NCBI GenBank assembly: GCA_950097015.1
Contig: CATNEN010000038.1
Span: 21,204,001 to 21,268,000 of the forward strand
From: Macrostomum hystrix
Lineage: Eukaryota > Animalia > Platyhelminthes
Reading direction: 5' to 3'
Length of the DNA stretch: 64,000 bases
In this document: positions 11,226-23,669 of the stretch, one piece after another
Layout of the letters: each line of letters begins with the position of its first letter
Position numbering within the stretch: the first letter of the stretch is position 1
Made by a program: the position numbers and the translations under genes
Notes under the pieces: model-generated
What the model was told of the DNA's origin: nothing
The model's input: the letters and a program-made list of their open reading frames with translations, nothing else
Database searches by the model: none

Positions 11226-11989
11226 GCTTAATCTTGATGCTTTTTTGCTTTCGAAAAATCTGTCGATTTTACAGATTATCTGGATCCGTCTTAAACTTCT
11301 TCCACTGGCGAATTTTCTAGCAGAACTTTTGTCTTAACTGGCTTAAATCAAGAAATTCCAGGATGTAACTCATAGTCAGTCGCGAAGGCTACAAAAGAGG
11401 TAGTTTTCCATCTTTTCAGGAGGAAATGTGCTTGGGTGGCTTGCGGCAAAGGCAGGTGAAAAACGTGTCCTGCCTTCGCTTCGACTTCCGGTAAAAAAGT
11501 CCGGAAAAGTTAACAATGGAAACTGTTTTTCTTGAGTTTAGTTTTTTGTTTGGTTTTGTCAAAACGGGCATGGATCTGTACTATAGCAGGATTCTAGCGA
11601 TGCGTTAAGACGGAAAGAAGAAAAGCTTTGTTCAGAAAGATGTGCACCAGCTTTAGGATTAGCAAAGTTATTAATAATAGAAACAAAGCAGCGTAAAACA
11701 AAAGGTTTTGTATCTGGGAGAAAAACTTTGCGAACAGCTCAGAGTAGTATCACTTGAGTAGTGTGCGAGCTTCCCGCTATTTTAGTTTTAAGTCTCACCA
11801 CACTTTAGCTTGCCTCTATAGTAAAGGTAAAGTCGAAAGTTTTAGGATAAGAAGACACTCATTCTAATTACCGGTTGCATTAAAAATCGTCATAGAAGTG
11901 CTAAAGCTCGGGGTATAGAAGGTACGAGTTAATTAATAGACGAGCGTGTTCCAGACTTATTGCTATGCAGTTTTTGCCATCAGTTATAT

Positions 11990-12769
11990 CTACGAGTACA
12001 TGCGCAAGTACTTCACCCACTGCATCTTCTCGGTAGTACTAGCGGAAAACGCTTCGGTATTCAGAGGCAGGTTGGCATCAAAGTAGCGGAGCAGGACGCA
12101 CTGCTTCCGGATCGGGTGCCAGTAGAATCCAACGCAGTCGCCGAACTCGTACTGAAGACAGACTCGGCTGCATCGAGTCAGAGTCACTGTATTGGTCGCC
12201 ATGATCCAGCAACCAGGGTCAGGCTGTTCATAAACTGTAATTAAAGCTTTCTTGAAGCTTCCTTGATTTTCCTTTAAATCGAGCCGAGCAGCCACTGACG
12301 GATCTGCGTAGCAGTAGAATATGTACCTGTCTGAGCAGGTGGCGTCTCTCAAGAGTTTGCTAGACGATGACGTAGACACGCAATCTTGCTTGCTCTGGTC
12401 ATTTGGCTCGCTATTTTCAAAGTAGTTTTCAGTCCCGGTGGTAACTTGACCGTCTTTAATCCACACCCAGCCGCTCTTTTTCTTCGCGCCGCCCATTTCA
12501 TTGAGCGCGTCAACAAGGCCAACCCACCAGTGGCCGTTTGGAATCCTGTGGTCATTCTTCATTGCGTCAAACACAGCCTGGCTGACCATCTCCTGACCGT
12601 TTGCGTGGCAGGTTTTCACAGCGTCGCAGAAATTCATAATGGAGCTATAACTCCTGATGCACCAAGTCCGTCCATTGTAGGAAATCGAAATCATACCAGA
12701 AGCGCAAGATGCAACGGCGGGAGCCGCAAGTTGAGCGGCACAGAGGGACACGAGGACAAAGGCTATCAT
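11990..12769 (-). CDS. Secreted C-type lectin + PAN/apple domain protein (copy 4)
   Basis: Signal peptide, WWVGL, EPND, QPDPGC, DCVGFYWHP. Confidence 0.9.
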   Translation of the reverse strand: MIAFVLVSLCAAQLAAPAVASCASGMISISYNGRTWCIRSYSSIMNFCDAVKTCHANGQEMVSQAVFDAMKNDHRIPNGHWWVGLVDALNEMGGAKKKSGWVWIKDGQVTTGTENYFENSEPNDQSKQDCVSTSSSSKLLRDATCSDRYIFYCYADPSVAARLDLKENQGSFKKALITVYEQPDPGCWIMATNTVTLTRCSRVCLQYEFGDCVGFYWHPIRKQCVLLRYFDANLPLNTEAFSASTTEKMQWVKYLRMYS

Positions 12770-13633
12770 GTTCTTTTTAAGCGAGCCAAGGGGTTACAGT
12801 GCTAAGTATATTCTGTCCATTGAAGGCAACTTTTTTTGCGAGAAGTTCCTGAACATGAGAAAGATGGCCGGCTATTTCTACCCGTGCCCACACTTTTCCC
12901 ACCACGGAAACTGTCGCACACTCTGGTTGCTAAGGCACAACAGCTAAAGCAGAGAGGCGAGGTGCGAGAGTTGGCTCACAATTTCCGATCAATTTTTCAC
13001 TCAGACTTATCCTTTCTCTGGGCATTCTCTAGCAAGTCCACTAGTACCACCCATGACGCATCATGTTGTCATAGTAACAGAAGCTGACTAGACTGATTAA
13101 AGTAAAATTTTGCTCAGCGTTCTCTCTGGGCTTGATGCAAAATTTACAGGCAGGCTTAAAAAGCAAAGTCGTTTGATGCTGTGCTGCAGTATATATTGAA
13201 ATTTGATTGTGTATTTGAGAAATGCTTTGTCTGTTGCCAAAATCAAAGTTATATATAGTGCGCAATTAAGTATCCTTAAGTATCCATCAAGAATAAATAA
13301 CAGAAAGATTTTTGGCAAATAAATAGAGACATTAGATCTTAGCGATTGTTTTGCGAACTTAAGGAGGCCGGAGAGGAAAATGTGAGGCAATTTTTGGCAT
13401 GAATCGGCTGAATTATCCTGCTTCGCGTAAAATGAGATTCTCATACTTCATATCACATGCAGATGGATAAGAAGGCACATTGAGCCACGAAACATGAAGA
13501 GTCTTGACAAGCAATCAAATGGTGGAGTTTAACTACATCATCATACTAGTAGAACTAAAGTACATTACAAACAGTAAGCATGCAAAGATAATATCAATAC
13601 AATCTTGCGCCAATTGCCAGATTAACTATCTGT

Positions 13634-15307
13634 TCAAGCCAACAGGGTGACGTTGAACTTAGGTTGTACAGACGTGGCGATATCAATTGAAGACGCATTG
13701 GCAAGGTGACCATCAGCTCCGGGAATTCGGGGCGGCACAAGCAGGCGCAGCGTCAGCGACGCCGCCAGCAGAATCACCATGGCGAATAACACCGGTATCT
13801 TGGAGCGGACGGCGTTGCGCTGCTTCACACTGCTGGTAGAAGCGCTGAGCATGTAGGAAGATGTAACTCTGCCCGTGTCCTCCTTGCCTTTGGGCCCCTC
13901 CGGCTCCTGCTCAGGCAGCAGCGGCCGCCGTTCTCCAAGCAGCTCCATGTCGGTCTCCATCTCGGCGTTCAAGTGGGCTGCGGCTGCGCGTTTGCGCCAG
14001 TCGAGGCGAAGCGCGCCAACGGCCAGGAGGACGAAGAAGGAGACGGAGGAGACGGCGAAACCGATCCACAGGCCGGTGAGGCCCCAGCCGGCTGCGAACG
14101 CCAGAGAAATTCCCAGGGGCGCGCCAATGATGTAATAGCCGGTGAAGTTCATGAGCATGGTGTGCAGGTGACAACTGCAAGCTCTGAGTGCGGCTATACT
14201 CGGATAGGCCGCTATTTGAAATCCTGAGTAGATTGACAGGTAAGGCGACATTGCGACGTACAGAGAAGCGGACTCGGGCTCCAGCGAGAAGATTCGAGGC
14301 ACCTCGTAGCGCAGCAGGAAGAAGATGAGGCCAACCAGTGCTCCGATGGCGCTCATGAATGTCAGGCTCGTCAGCACCAGCCGCACAGCCTTATCTGGCT
14401 GCTGTGAGCTCAGGTAGAAACCGATGCGAGAGATTAGCGCGCTGCCGATGCCAACCGGGATGAGGAAGGCGATGATGTTGAGCTGGAACAGCACGGACTC
14501 CGCGGCGATCTCAGCTTTGCCCAGAAGGCCGGCCAGAAAGTTGCCGTATTCCGTGCCGAAGATCCACAGAGACTGCGTGAGCAGGCAGGGCAGGACAGTC
14601 AGCAGGAACTTGCCCCAGTCCATGAAGGCCCGGCTGGACCATCCAGCCCAGGTGTCGCGGTGGATTTTGAGGCCCCAGATAAAGGCAGTCTGCAGCACCG
14701 GCAGCAGGCAGAGGCTGGTGGACAGGGCCACAGCGGAGCCGGTCAAGCCCAGCCCGGCCTGCATCACCAGCAGGTACTGGAGAAGGGCGTTCACGCCCAA
14801 TGAGACGAAGCGTACAATGAATGTTGGCCACAGGTAGCCAACTGTGTCAGTGTAGGCAACCAGAGTGTCGCACAAGTTCATGCCCAGGCTACCCGGCATT
14901 AGGATGATGAGGAACTGCTCAGCTTTGGCTGAGATCTCCGGATCCTGGCCAAGCAGGATGAGCAGGTTGCCAGCGTTCATGGCCAGCGTCCAGTTAAAGC
15001 AGGTCAGCAGCAGGGAGGTCAGTAGGCCGCGTTGGACAAAGTTGCCGACCCGGTGCCGCTTGCTTCCGCCGATGGTCTGCGCCAGGAAGGGCATGAGGCC
15101 CCAGCGCACTGACGAAGCGCAGTTCTCCACCGTCAGCTGGTAGATGGACAGGGCCAGACCAGCTGCGTCCAGGTCAATGGTGCCCAGCACACCGCAGAAG
15201 GCCAGCGTTGTTGGCAGCATGAGCGTGTAAAACAGCTGCGTGGCGGACATCGGCATGCCGCGCCGCATTAGCCAGGCCATCTCGCTGACGCACTCTGCGA
15301 TGGTCAT
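13634..15307 (-). CDS. MATE / SLC47-family multidrug and toxin extrusion transporter, intronless
   Basis: LGTIDLDAAGLA, VQRGLL, LLGQDPEIS, TWAGWS..AFMDWGKFL, GYYIIGAPLG, GLWIG, LDW, and an extra C-terminal TM helix as in animal MATE1. First ATG at 15307 (the ORF track begins at GTG 15331). Confidence 0.92.
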   Translation of the reverse strand: MTIAECVSEMAWLMRRGMPMSATQLFYTLMLPTTLAFCGVLGTIDLDAAGLALSIYQLTVENCASSVRWGLMPFLAQTIGGSKRHRVGNFVQRGLLTSLLLTCFNWTLAMNAGNLLILLGQDPEISAKAEQFLIILMPGSLGMNLCDTLVAYTDTVGYLWPTFIVRFVSLGVNALLQYLLVMQAGLGLTGSAVALSTSLCLLPVLQTAFIWGLKIHRDTWAGWSSRAFMDWGKFLLTVLPCLLTQSLWIFGTEYGNFLAGLLGKAEIAAESVLFQLNIIAFLIPVGIGSALISRIGFYLSSQQPDKAVRLVLTSLTFMSAIGALVGLIFFLLRYEVPRIFSLEPESASLYVAMSPYLSIYSGFQIAAYPSIAALRACSCHLHTMLMNFTGYYIIGAPLGISLAFAAGWGLTGLWIGFAVSSVSFFVLLAVGALRLDWRKRAAAAHLNAEMETDMELLGERRPLLPEQEPEGPKGKEDTGRVTSSYMLSASTSSVKQRNAVRSKIPVLFAMVILLAASLTLRLLVPPRIPGADGHLANASSIDIATSVQPKFNVTLLA

Positions 15308-16039
15308 GACTCTCCTAAGAATGATACTCACACTTCAATAACTGGTATTCGACTAGCGAAAAGTGAATTTGAGTTCACTTTCAGCTGTAAGCGGAGCATA
15401 TATTTATAAGCGTTTCACTTTCAGTTGAAGCCTATAGACCAGTTTCTAGTCGAATCGATTTCGACTAAAACCATAAAAACGAGTTTGGACTTGAAGGCTG
15501 TGTGTGGCAACCGGTTTCTCAGACCGCGTGGATGCGCTGTTGAATCAGCTGATTGGCTGGATTCGCTTGATAAAGTAGAATCCTAGTGAGACACTCGCCC
15601 ATGCGTTCCTGTGAATCGCTGCTGATAACCAAACTGTGTTAAACATTTTGCGGTTCGCGATTGGGGGTCACTCGTATGGGTCGCCGGTTTTTTCCGGTTC
15701 TGAACCAGTTTCTACCTTGTTTTGCTTGGCCAACTTCAATCAGCCATTTTTACAAACTGTTTAGTTCACTAGTTGCTTATCAGCGTTCAAATTTGTAATC
15801 TGCTCACGAGAGGCTCACATGTGAGGGGGGAAGCTGGTCACCTTGTCAGGTTGATTCGTACCTGCGTTGTGAATAGCCAGCCGTACTCTAAAAGAAATAG
15901 TTAAATAAAGTTTAACAGACTTTAAGTATGTAAAACGGGCGAATTTCAGAACTCGGGTATTTTCTTATTTTAAATTAATGCCAATTTCACATGGTAATTT
16001 AACAACTGCCAAATTTAAAGACAAATTGCTGACATTTAT

Positions 16040-16680
16040 AACTGAATCCTACTCTACCGAATCCCAATCTACCGAATCCCAATCTACCGAATCCCAATCT
16101 ACCGAATGCCAATCTACCGAATGCCAATCTACCGAATCCCAATCTACCGAATCCCAATCTACCGAATCCCAATCTACCGAATGCCAATCTACCGAATGCC
16201 AATCTACCGAATCCCAATCTACCGAATCCCAATCTACCGAATCCCAATCTACTGAATCCCAATCTACCGAATCCCAATCTACTGAATCCCAATCTACCGA
16301 ATCCCAATCTACCGAATCCCAATCTACCGAATCCCAATCTACTGAATCCCAATCTACCGAATCCCAATCTACTGAATCCCAATCTACTGAATCCCAATCT
16401 ACCGAATCCCAATCTACCGAATGCCAATCTACCGAATCCCAATCTACCGAATCCCAATCTACTGAATCCCAATCTACCGAATCCCAATCTACTGAATCCC
16501 AATCTACCGAATCCCAATCTACTGAATCCCAATCTACCGAATCCCAATCTACTGAATCCCAATCTACTGAATCCCAATCTACCGAATCCCAATCTACTGA
16601 ATCCCAATCTACTGAATCCCAATCTACCGAATCCCAATCTACCGAATGCCAATCTACCGAATCCCAATCTACTGAATCCC
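16040..16680. repeat. 15-bp minisatellite (TCTACCGAATCCCAA)n
   Basis: Direct tandem repetition, about 42 copies. Confidence 0.95.
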
Positions 16681-17389
16681 GAATCTATGTAAATATGATC
16701 TAATGATCTTCTGATGCTTAGAAATAAATGCGTAGCTATAGAAAATAAAACAATGATCTTGCCATCATTAGAGGTTAGATACTACTCACCGTAAGTAACA
16801 GATTTCGCCGATTGGATCGATGAATGGTGTAAACCAGTGCTCTACAAATGTGCTTGCTATTTCTAGCTCTATATTTTGTGACATTTAAAAGCGCAAATGG
16901 GCAAATCTAATTGGGCTTTTTCGAGTTTCAGGGCTTTTCTCGAGTTTTAAGCTTTTCTCGAGTTTCGAGTTATTACAAAGATCGAAAAGAATTGGTCATT
17001 TTATCGATCGATACTGTTTGTTACAATACTACATTTAACAGTTAATTCTGGCGCAGATATTTCTGAGTAATATACAAACTGTTCTAAAGACTAAAAATAA
17101 AGAGTATGCCACAGTACGAGCCACAAGACAAAATTATATAAATGTGCTGACGACTGGTGCGAGTGAGGATAATACTTAAAATCACTCACAATTAAAAAAC
17201 AAAATTGATCTCGTACAATACACTTAAAATGGTCGCATTTTTTTCTCTGATATCTTAAAAGTACAGCTCCTGGAATGATTTTTTACCGAGTAAATTACGA
17301 TTGGTTATAAGGAACGTAGCAATGCAACAGTCGGCTAATTTTTGTCTCTTGTCTTTCAAATTTCATTCCGGAAGCGTCCCATTGTCACA

Positions 17390-19625
17390 TCACACTTCAC
17401 CATCTTCCAGCTGCGTCGGTCGAGTCGGCTGCATCTGAATCACAGGCTTTGTCGCTCCGTTCGATAGGCCACCACCAATAGGAACTGGCGAATACCGAAC
17501 CCGCTGTTCGGCCCGTCCGCCAAGCCTCACCCGTCGGCACCAGCAGCGGCAGCAGCAGCGGCTGCAGGGCAGTTGACAGGCTCGCGAACCTGCTGGGGCC
17601 GCGAACGCAAAGTAGATTAAGGGATTCAGGACACTGTGCAGCAGCACCAGGTGTTGCAGCAGCGGCATCAGCGGTGAGTCGGCCAGTAGGCGACCGTTGG
17701 AGAAGACGCTGGCCACAATGGCTAGTAGGTAGGGCAGCCAGCAAGCCAGAAAGCCGGTCACCACTGCCAGGCTCATGTAGACCGCCTTGATCTTGGCTCG
17801 GGACAGCAGGCGGCTGCCGGAAGCTTGGTGGACTGACAGTCGCTGATCAATCAGGGCAGTGCTATTGCTGCTGCACGGACTGGAGAGTTCGCTAGGATTG
17901 GCCGGGTTTCTCGTGCGTCCCCAGATGGTGAGTACAATCCGAGAGTAGCAATAGACCATGATGCTTGTAGGAATGGCGAACAGAAACAATGGTACGTAGA
18001 GAACGTAGACCTTGCGCTGCCAGTCGGCTGTGTAGCCGCTGCTGCCGCATTGGCGCAACGTGACGTTGATTTTGCCGCCAGCTGCGTCCGTCACTTCTGT
18101 TGGTGTCGTTGTGACTCGAAATATCAATAATTGTGGCGCCGAGAATAGCAGAGCGGCCAGCCAGCAGGCGACGATGCGGCGAATGACGCGAGTGTGACGC
18201 CGAAAAATGCGGAGCGGCTTCACGATCACCTAGATGGTTCGGGAGGCCATTAGGTTGGTTTGTTAGTTTGCTGTTTTTTGGTTGGTTCTCTCGGTGTTTC
18301 AGGATGGTTGGTTGGTTGGTTGGTTGGTTGGTTGGTTGGTTGGTTGATTGGTTGGTTGGTTGGTTGGTTGATTGGTTGGTTGGTTGGTTGGTTGGTTGTT
18401 TTGTTAGTTGGTTGGTTTGTTTTTGTTAGTTGGTTGGGTTGTTTTTTCGTTGGTTGGTTGGTTGGTTGGTTGGTTGGTTGGTTGGTTGGTTGGTTGGTTG
18501 ATTGGTTGGTTGGTTAGTTGGTTGGATGGTTGGTTGTTTTGTTAGTTTGTTGGTTTGTTTTTTTGTTAGTTGGTTGGTTTGTTGGTTCGTTGGTTGGTTG
18601 GTTGGTTGGTTTGTTGTTTTGTTAGTTGGTTGGTTTTTTGCTTTGTTATTTAGGCTGGTTGGTTAGTTGGTTTGGTGGTTTGTTTTTATCGGCATTTTAT
18701 AGGTCCATAACTTCTTGGACATTAAATTTGGCTCCTATGTGAGTCGATACAGACGCCTTGCGTGCCGGTCGTCATTATAATAGAAGAACTTCATTGCCAT
18801 TGGTCCGACTCAATTTCGGTTCTGTCACAGCGGCCACCCATCTAGCCAACGCAGACGCAATTACTGCAAGAGCTCACCCAGTTGCTTCCCTCTGATCATT
18901 CGTTCTCAATATTTTTAAATCCTGCGCGGTGCCTCAATGCCTTGTGGCGAGATTACTGTCCGCACTGGGCAACAGAGTAAGATTAGAAGACGACAAGGAG
19001 ACAGTGGACTAAAAATAAGCTCTGTGGCCTGCACTGCAAGGATTTCACATTCATCAAATGAGGCTAGACCCTTATCTAGTGAAATACAGTTCTTTTTTGA
19101 CAGCATCAAAGCAAAAGGACAGCACGGAAATCGATCATTCTGTTTGGGGCTGAGGGGCTGAGGGGCTGGGGGGCTGTGTCTACTGTTGCATCATTTGGCC
19201 CCTCAGAATCGAACTCGTGACCTCCTGGTCAGAAGTCTGAAGTTCTAATCCCTGTAAGCTCTAACCTCAAACCTGTCGATGCTCATTGCCACCAGTAGGA
19301 AGGCTGTTGACGCCAGACAGACGGACTGGGTGTACACCGTCAGTTTGCACATCGCGGAGCCAAGGGTCCACTGGCCGAAGGCGGTAAACAGCAGCTCGCC
19401 AGTGCAGACAACCGAGCCGACAGCCAGGTCACCTGCTGCCAGGTTAATTAAGAAGCAGTTCAGCCGAAGGATCGGACCAGTACGTCGTCGGCCGCAACGA
19501 ATGTGGGCCACCAGGCTGGCGTTGCCACCGATAGCCGTCAGCATGATGGCACACAGCAGCGTCAGGGTGGCGATGGACTGCCCGCTGAGCCGGCGATTCC
19601 AGGCGGGCGTCTGGGAGCTGCACAT
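17390..19625 (-). CDS. Class A neuropeptide GPCR of the vasopressin/CCAP/GnRH receptor superfamily
   Basis: Exons 19625-19266 and 18229-17390 are joined by a GT..AG intron to give SIDRFE|VIVKPL. Motifs: [45 protein letters not shown]. The N-terminus may extend into an upstream exon. Confidence 0.88.
18250..18690. repeat. (GGTT)n microsatellite in the GPCR intron
   Basis: Direct repetition. Confidence 0.95.
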
Positions 19626-19669
19626 GAGCAGTGATGGATCAGCTGAGATCAATCTAGTCTTTACTGGTT

Positions 19670-19985
19670 GCGGGTGGATTCTGTGGGTCTAATGGGTGGA
19701 TTCTGTGGGTCTAATGGGTGGATTCTGTGGGTCTAATGGAATGGATTCTGTTCTTCTAATGGGGTGGATTCTGTTGTTCTAATGGGGTGGATTCTGTTGG
19801 TCTATTGGGGGTGGATTCTGTTGGTCTATTGGGGGTGGATTCTGTTGGTCTATTGGGGGTGGATTCTGTTGGTCTATTGGGGGTGGATTCTGTTGGTCTA
19901 ATAGGGTGGATTCTGTTGGTCTAATAGGGTGGATTCTGTTGGTCTAATAGGGTGGATTCTGTTGATCATCGTAAGTGGATGTTAT
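19670..19985. repeat. ~22-bp minisatellite (GGTGGATTCTGTTGGTCTA..)
   Basis: Direct repetition. Confidence 0.9.
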
Positions 19986-20334
19986 TTAGTCATGTGGTGT
20001 GGATTCTGGTTTATCACAGGAGAGTGGATCGCAGCTCGTAATTTCTCGCAATTTGCATAACATAGCGGTTCAAAAGAAACTTTAACTACTGACCCATTGC
20101 CTTGAGGTGTGTCTTGCATGCCAGTAGTTTTTCCTGAGCCAGCAACTAAACCAAGGAATATTATGTTCACTCTCTGGTACTGAGAGACAAGTGAGATTTA
20201 CTCAAGCTGAATATGTCGATAGAAAATATTGAAGAAACGAACGACTAGACGAGATAGCAACCAATCAAAACCGAGACTGCATAGATTCGCCCGAGTTGCT
20301 CCGGGATTGGTCACATTGTGGTGAACGCTGTTTA

Positions 20335-21075
20335 GAAGAGATTTCTGGGAAAATGAGATTTCGGGGTAAATGAGATTTCGGGGAAATGAGATTTCGGGGA
20401 AAATGAGATTTCGAAAAGATGAGATTTCGGAAAGATGAGATTTCGGGAAAAATGAGATTTCGGGGAAGATGAGATTTCGAAAAGATGAGATTTCGGAAAG
20501 ATGAGATTTCGGGAAAAATGAGATTTCGGGGAAGATGAAGGATTTAGGGAAATATGAGATTTCAGGAAAGATGTTTTTTGGCAAAGATGGGATTTTAAAG
20601 CAAAGATGAGATTTCGGGAAAGATGAGATTTCGGGGAAAATGAGATTTCGAAAAGATGAGATTTCGGAAAGATGAGATTTCGGGAAAAATGAGATTTCGG
20701 GGAAAATGAGATTTCGAAAAGATGAGATTTCGGAAAGATGAGATTTCGGGAAAAATGAGATTTCGGGGAAGATGAAGGATTTAGGGAAATATGAGATTTC
20801 AGGAAAGATGTTTTTTGGCAAAGATGGGATTTTAAAGCAAAGATGAGATTTCGGGAAAGATGAGATTTCATGGAAAATGAGATTTCGGAAAAGAGATTTC
20901 GGGGAAAAAGATTTCGGAAAGATGAGATTTCGGGAAAATGACATTTCGGGGAAATGAGATTTCGGGAAAGATGAGATTTGAGTAAAAGATTTGATTTCGA
21001 GAAAGATTAGATTTTGTGGCAAAGGTGGAATTTTAACGCAAAGATGAGATTTTGGGAAATATTGGATTTCGGAAA
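20335..21075. repeat. ~16-bp minisatellite (ATGAGATTTCGGGAAA) containing a ~240-bp higher-order duplication
   Basis: Direct repetition; the variant block GATGTTTTTTGGCAAAGATGGGATTTTAAAGC recurs at ~20570 and ~20810. Confidence 0.92.
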
Positions 21076-21419
21076 CATGAAATTAAAAAAGGGTGTGATC
21101 TAGAATCGTGACTGACTTTGAGATCGTTTCAAAAATAGTACCAGCCGTAAAAGGAAATTGTGTGAACAATGAAGAAATAAATAATCTGCTAAATTGCCCC
21201 CGCTTGTAATCTATGTTGAATAGCAGACTAATTCGAGAAACTGAGCGCCAGACAAAATTTTTAACGTTGTGATTGTTGCGAGCGATATTCTACTGCAGTT
21301 CCGCATGAGTTCAATTGTAACAGGACTAAAAATTATGTGAGTATGAGAACAATAGCCCAGATACAAAGGCTAACTGACAATTCATGGCCAACAGTTTGTA
21401 TGCAGCCTTTTTTGCTAAT

Positions 21420-22450
21420 GTGGGTAATCTGGAAGGGAATGTGTATTAACCTGTCAGACTGTGGTTAATCTGGAAGGGAATGTGTATTAACCTGTCAGAC
21501 TGTGGTTAATCTGGATGGGAATGTGTATTAAACTGTCAGACTGTGGGTAATCTAGATGGGAATGTGGATTTAACTGTCAGACTGTGGTTAATCTGGATGG
21601 GAATGTGTATTTTACTGTCAGACTGTGGTTAATCTGGATGGGAATGTGTATTTAACTGTCAGACTGTGGTTAATCTGGAAGGGAATGTGTATTTACCTGT
21701 CAGACTGTGGTTAATCTGGATGGGAATGTGCATTAACCTGTCAGACTGTGGTTAATCTGGATGGGAATGTGCATTTACCTGTCAGACTGTGGGTAATCTG
21801 GATGGGAATGTGTATTTAACTGTCAGACTGTGGTTAATCTGGATGGGAATGTGTATTTACCTGTCAGAGTGTGGGTAATCTGGATGGGAATGTGTATTTA
21901 ACTGTCAGAATGTGGGTAATCTGGATGGGAATGTGTATTTACCTGTCAGACTGTGGTTAATCTGGAAGGGAATGTGTATTTAACTGTCAGACTGTGGTTA
22001 ATCTGGATGGGAATGTGTATTTACCTGTCAGACTGTGGTTAATCTGGAAGGGAATGTGTATTTACCTGTCAGACTGTGGTTAATCTGGATGGGAATGTGC
22101 ATTAACCTGTCAGACTGTGGTTAATCTGGATGGGAATGTGCATTTACCTGTCAGACTGTGGGTAATCTGGATGGGAATGTGTATTTAACTGTCAGACTGT
22201 GGTTAATCTGGATGGGAATGTGTATTTACCTGTCAGAGTGTGGGTAATCTGGATGGGAATGTGTATTTAACTGTCAGAATGTGGGTAATCTGGATATGAA
22301 TGTGTATTTAACTGTCAGACTGTGGTTAATCTGGAAGGGAATGTGTATTTAACTGTCAGACTGTGGTTAATCTGGATGGGAATGTGTATTTAACTGTCAG
22401 ACTGTGGTTAATCTGGATGGGAATGTGCATTTAACTGTCAGAATGTGGTT
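21420..22450. repeat. 41-bp minisatellite (TGTGGTTAATCTGGATGGGAATGTGTATTTAACTGTCAGAC)
   Basis: About 25 tandem copies. Confidence 0.95.
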
Positions 22451-23669
22451 ATGTGTGCTTTTTAGCTTTATTTCGAAAAGTCAAATTTAGTCGTAATATT
22501 AATCAAGATAATTTTAATAATTTTTTGAAAGTTGCAAATGTACTTTGTAGGAATAACAACCAAATAAACTGCTTGTTGAACTCTAAACACTAATTAAGTA
22601 GCACTTATTATTTTCCACGAATCTTTCCGAAGTCACGAAAATTATAGTCACTTTAAAATGAAAACAAGAATGACAGCTACGTCAACAAATTCAAATGCAA
22701 CATAACAAAATTGGAATAAAATTCAAATTTCGGATCGACATTCACTGTAGCTAGTACGGAAGACATTGTGCCTGAAAGCGGTTTTTTATTTAAATCAAAC
22801 AGACAGGCATTTCTTCTTATCTCAGTTGAAGACAGCAGTAGGCAAGCAGGAAGTCATTAGATGTGGGAACACGATAAAATAGTTTATTACCCAGATTTTT
22901 ATTTGCCTTGACTAAAAAAAGAAGCTTAAATTTTTTTTACATCAACAGAATGAACTGGCTATGAAACGTACTAGACAGCCTGTTGCTAATGTAAACAAAT
23001 GCGAATGAAACGGCATAGATAATGAAAGAGGAATTCAAATGGAATGGGAATAATGAATCAGTAATCAGAAACAGATTTCTTATCATTATTGAATGTCATT
23101 TAGCATAATTAATAGCATTAACAATTTCAAATACCCACTCTTTCGCTTTCTTATTTTCAGAATCTCCCCCGAATTTTCAACCATTCTGAAAATTTTCCGC
23201 TCTATCCGAAAAGACAACTTCCAGAATCTTTGTCCTTGTCACCAGGGTCTTTGACAACATTCGCTGAATACCTCGACGATGCTGACATCCGACGGCTTTG
23301 AAAGTCAGTTCATCGTAGAAGGCGGAACATTTCGTGAGGTAGGCAGTGTGGAAATAGTGTGGTGTTTCTATTGTTAAACAGGCGATACAATGGAGTTCAT
23401 TTTCTGGACTCATTAAAATTAATTTTCTGTAAAAATTGCAGAAACGGCCTTATATTTCATGTTTGGAACAATAAATTAAATTACAATAAGTTATGGAAAT
23501 CACAAATTTAGATAATTAAACAGTCAATAAACAATTTAGAATACTAAAGCAGTGATTAGTATTCAGTTTACTTGGTCCATCGGAACAAAATGCAACACAA
23601 CAGCTGCTAGAAATGTTACTAGGAATAGCATGAAAATTGAAAACATACAATTATCCGATAATCCGATTA

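Noticed and set aside
15978-16703. STESQ-repeat ORF and its antisense GFGRL ORF
   Set aside because: Translations of a 15-bp minisatellite, open on both strands, with no signal peptide or other gene evidence
20198-21022. Repeat-derived ORFs here and at 23.7-24.6, 28, 30-31, 35 and 39 kb
   Set aside because: All are artefacts of minisatellites
23177-23413. 78-aa minus-strand ORF as an extra INTU exon or small gene
   Set aside because: The INTU-like C-terminus already ends at 24739; no convincing splice join or recognisable motif; unresolved
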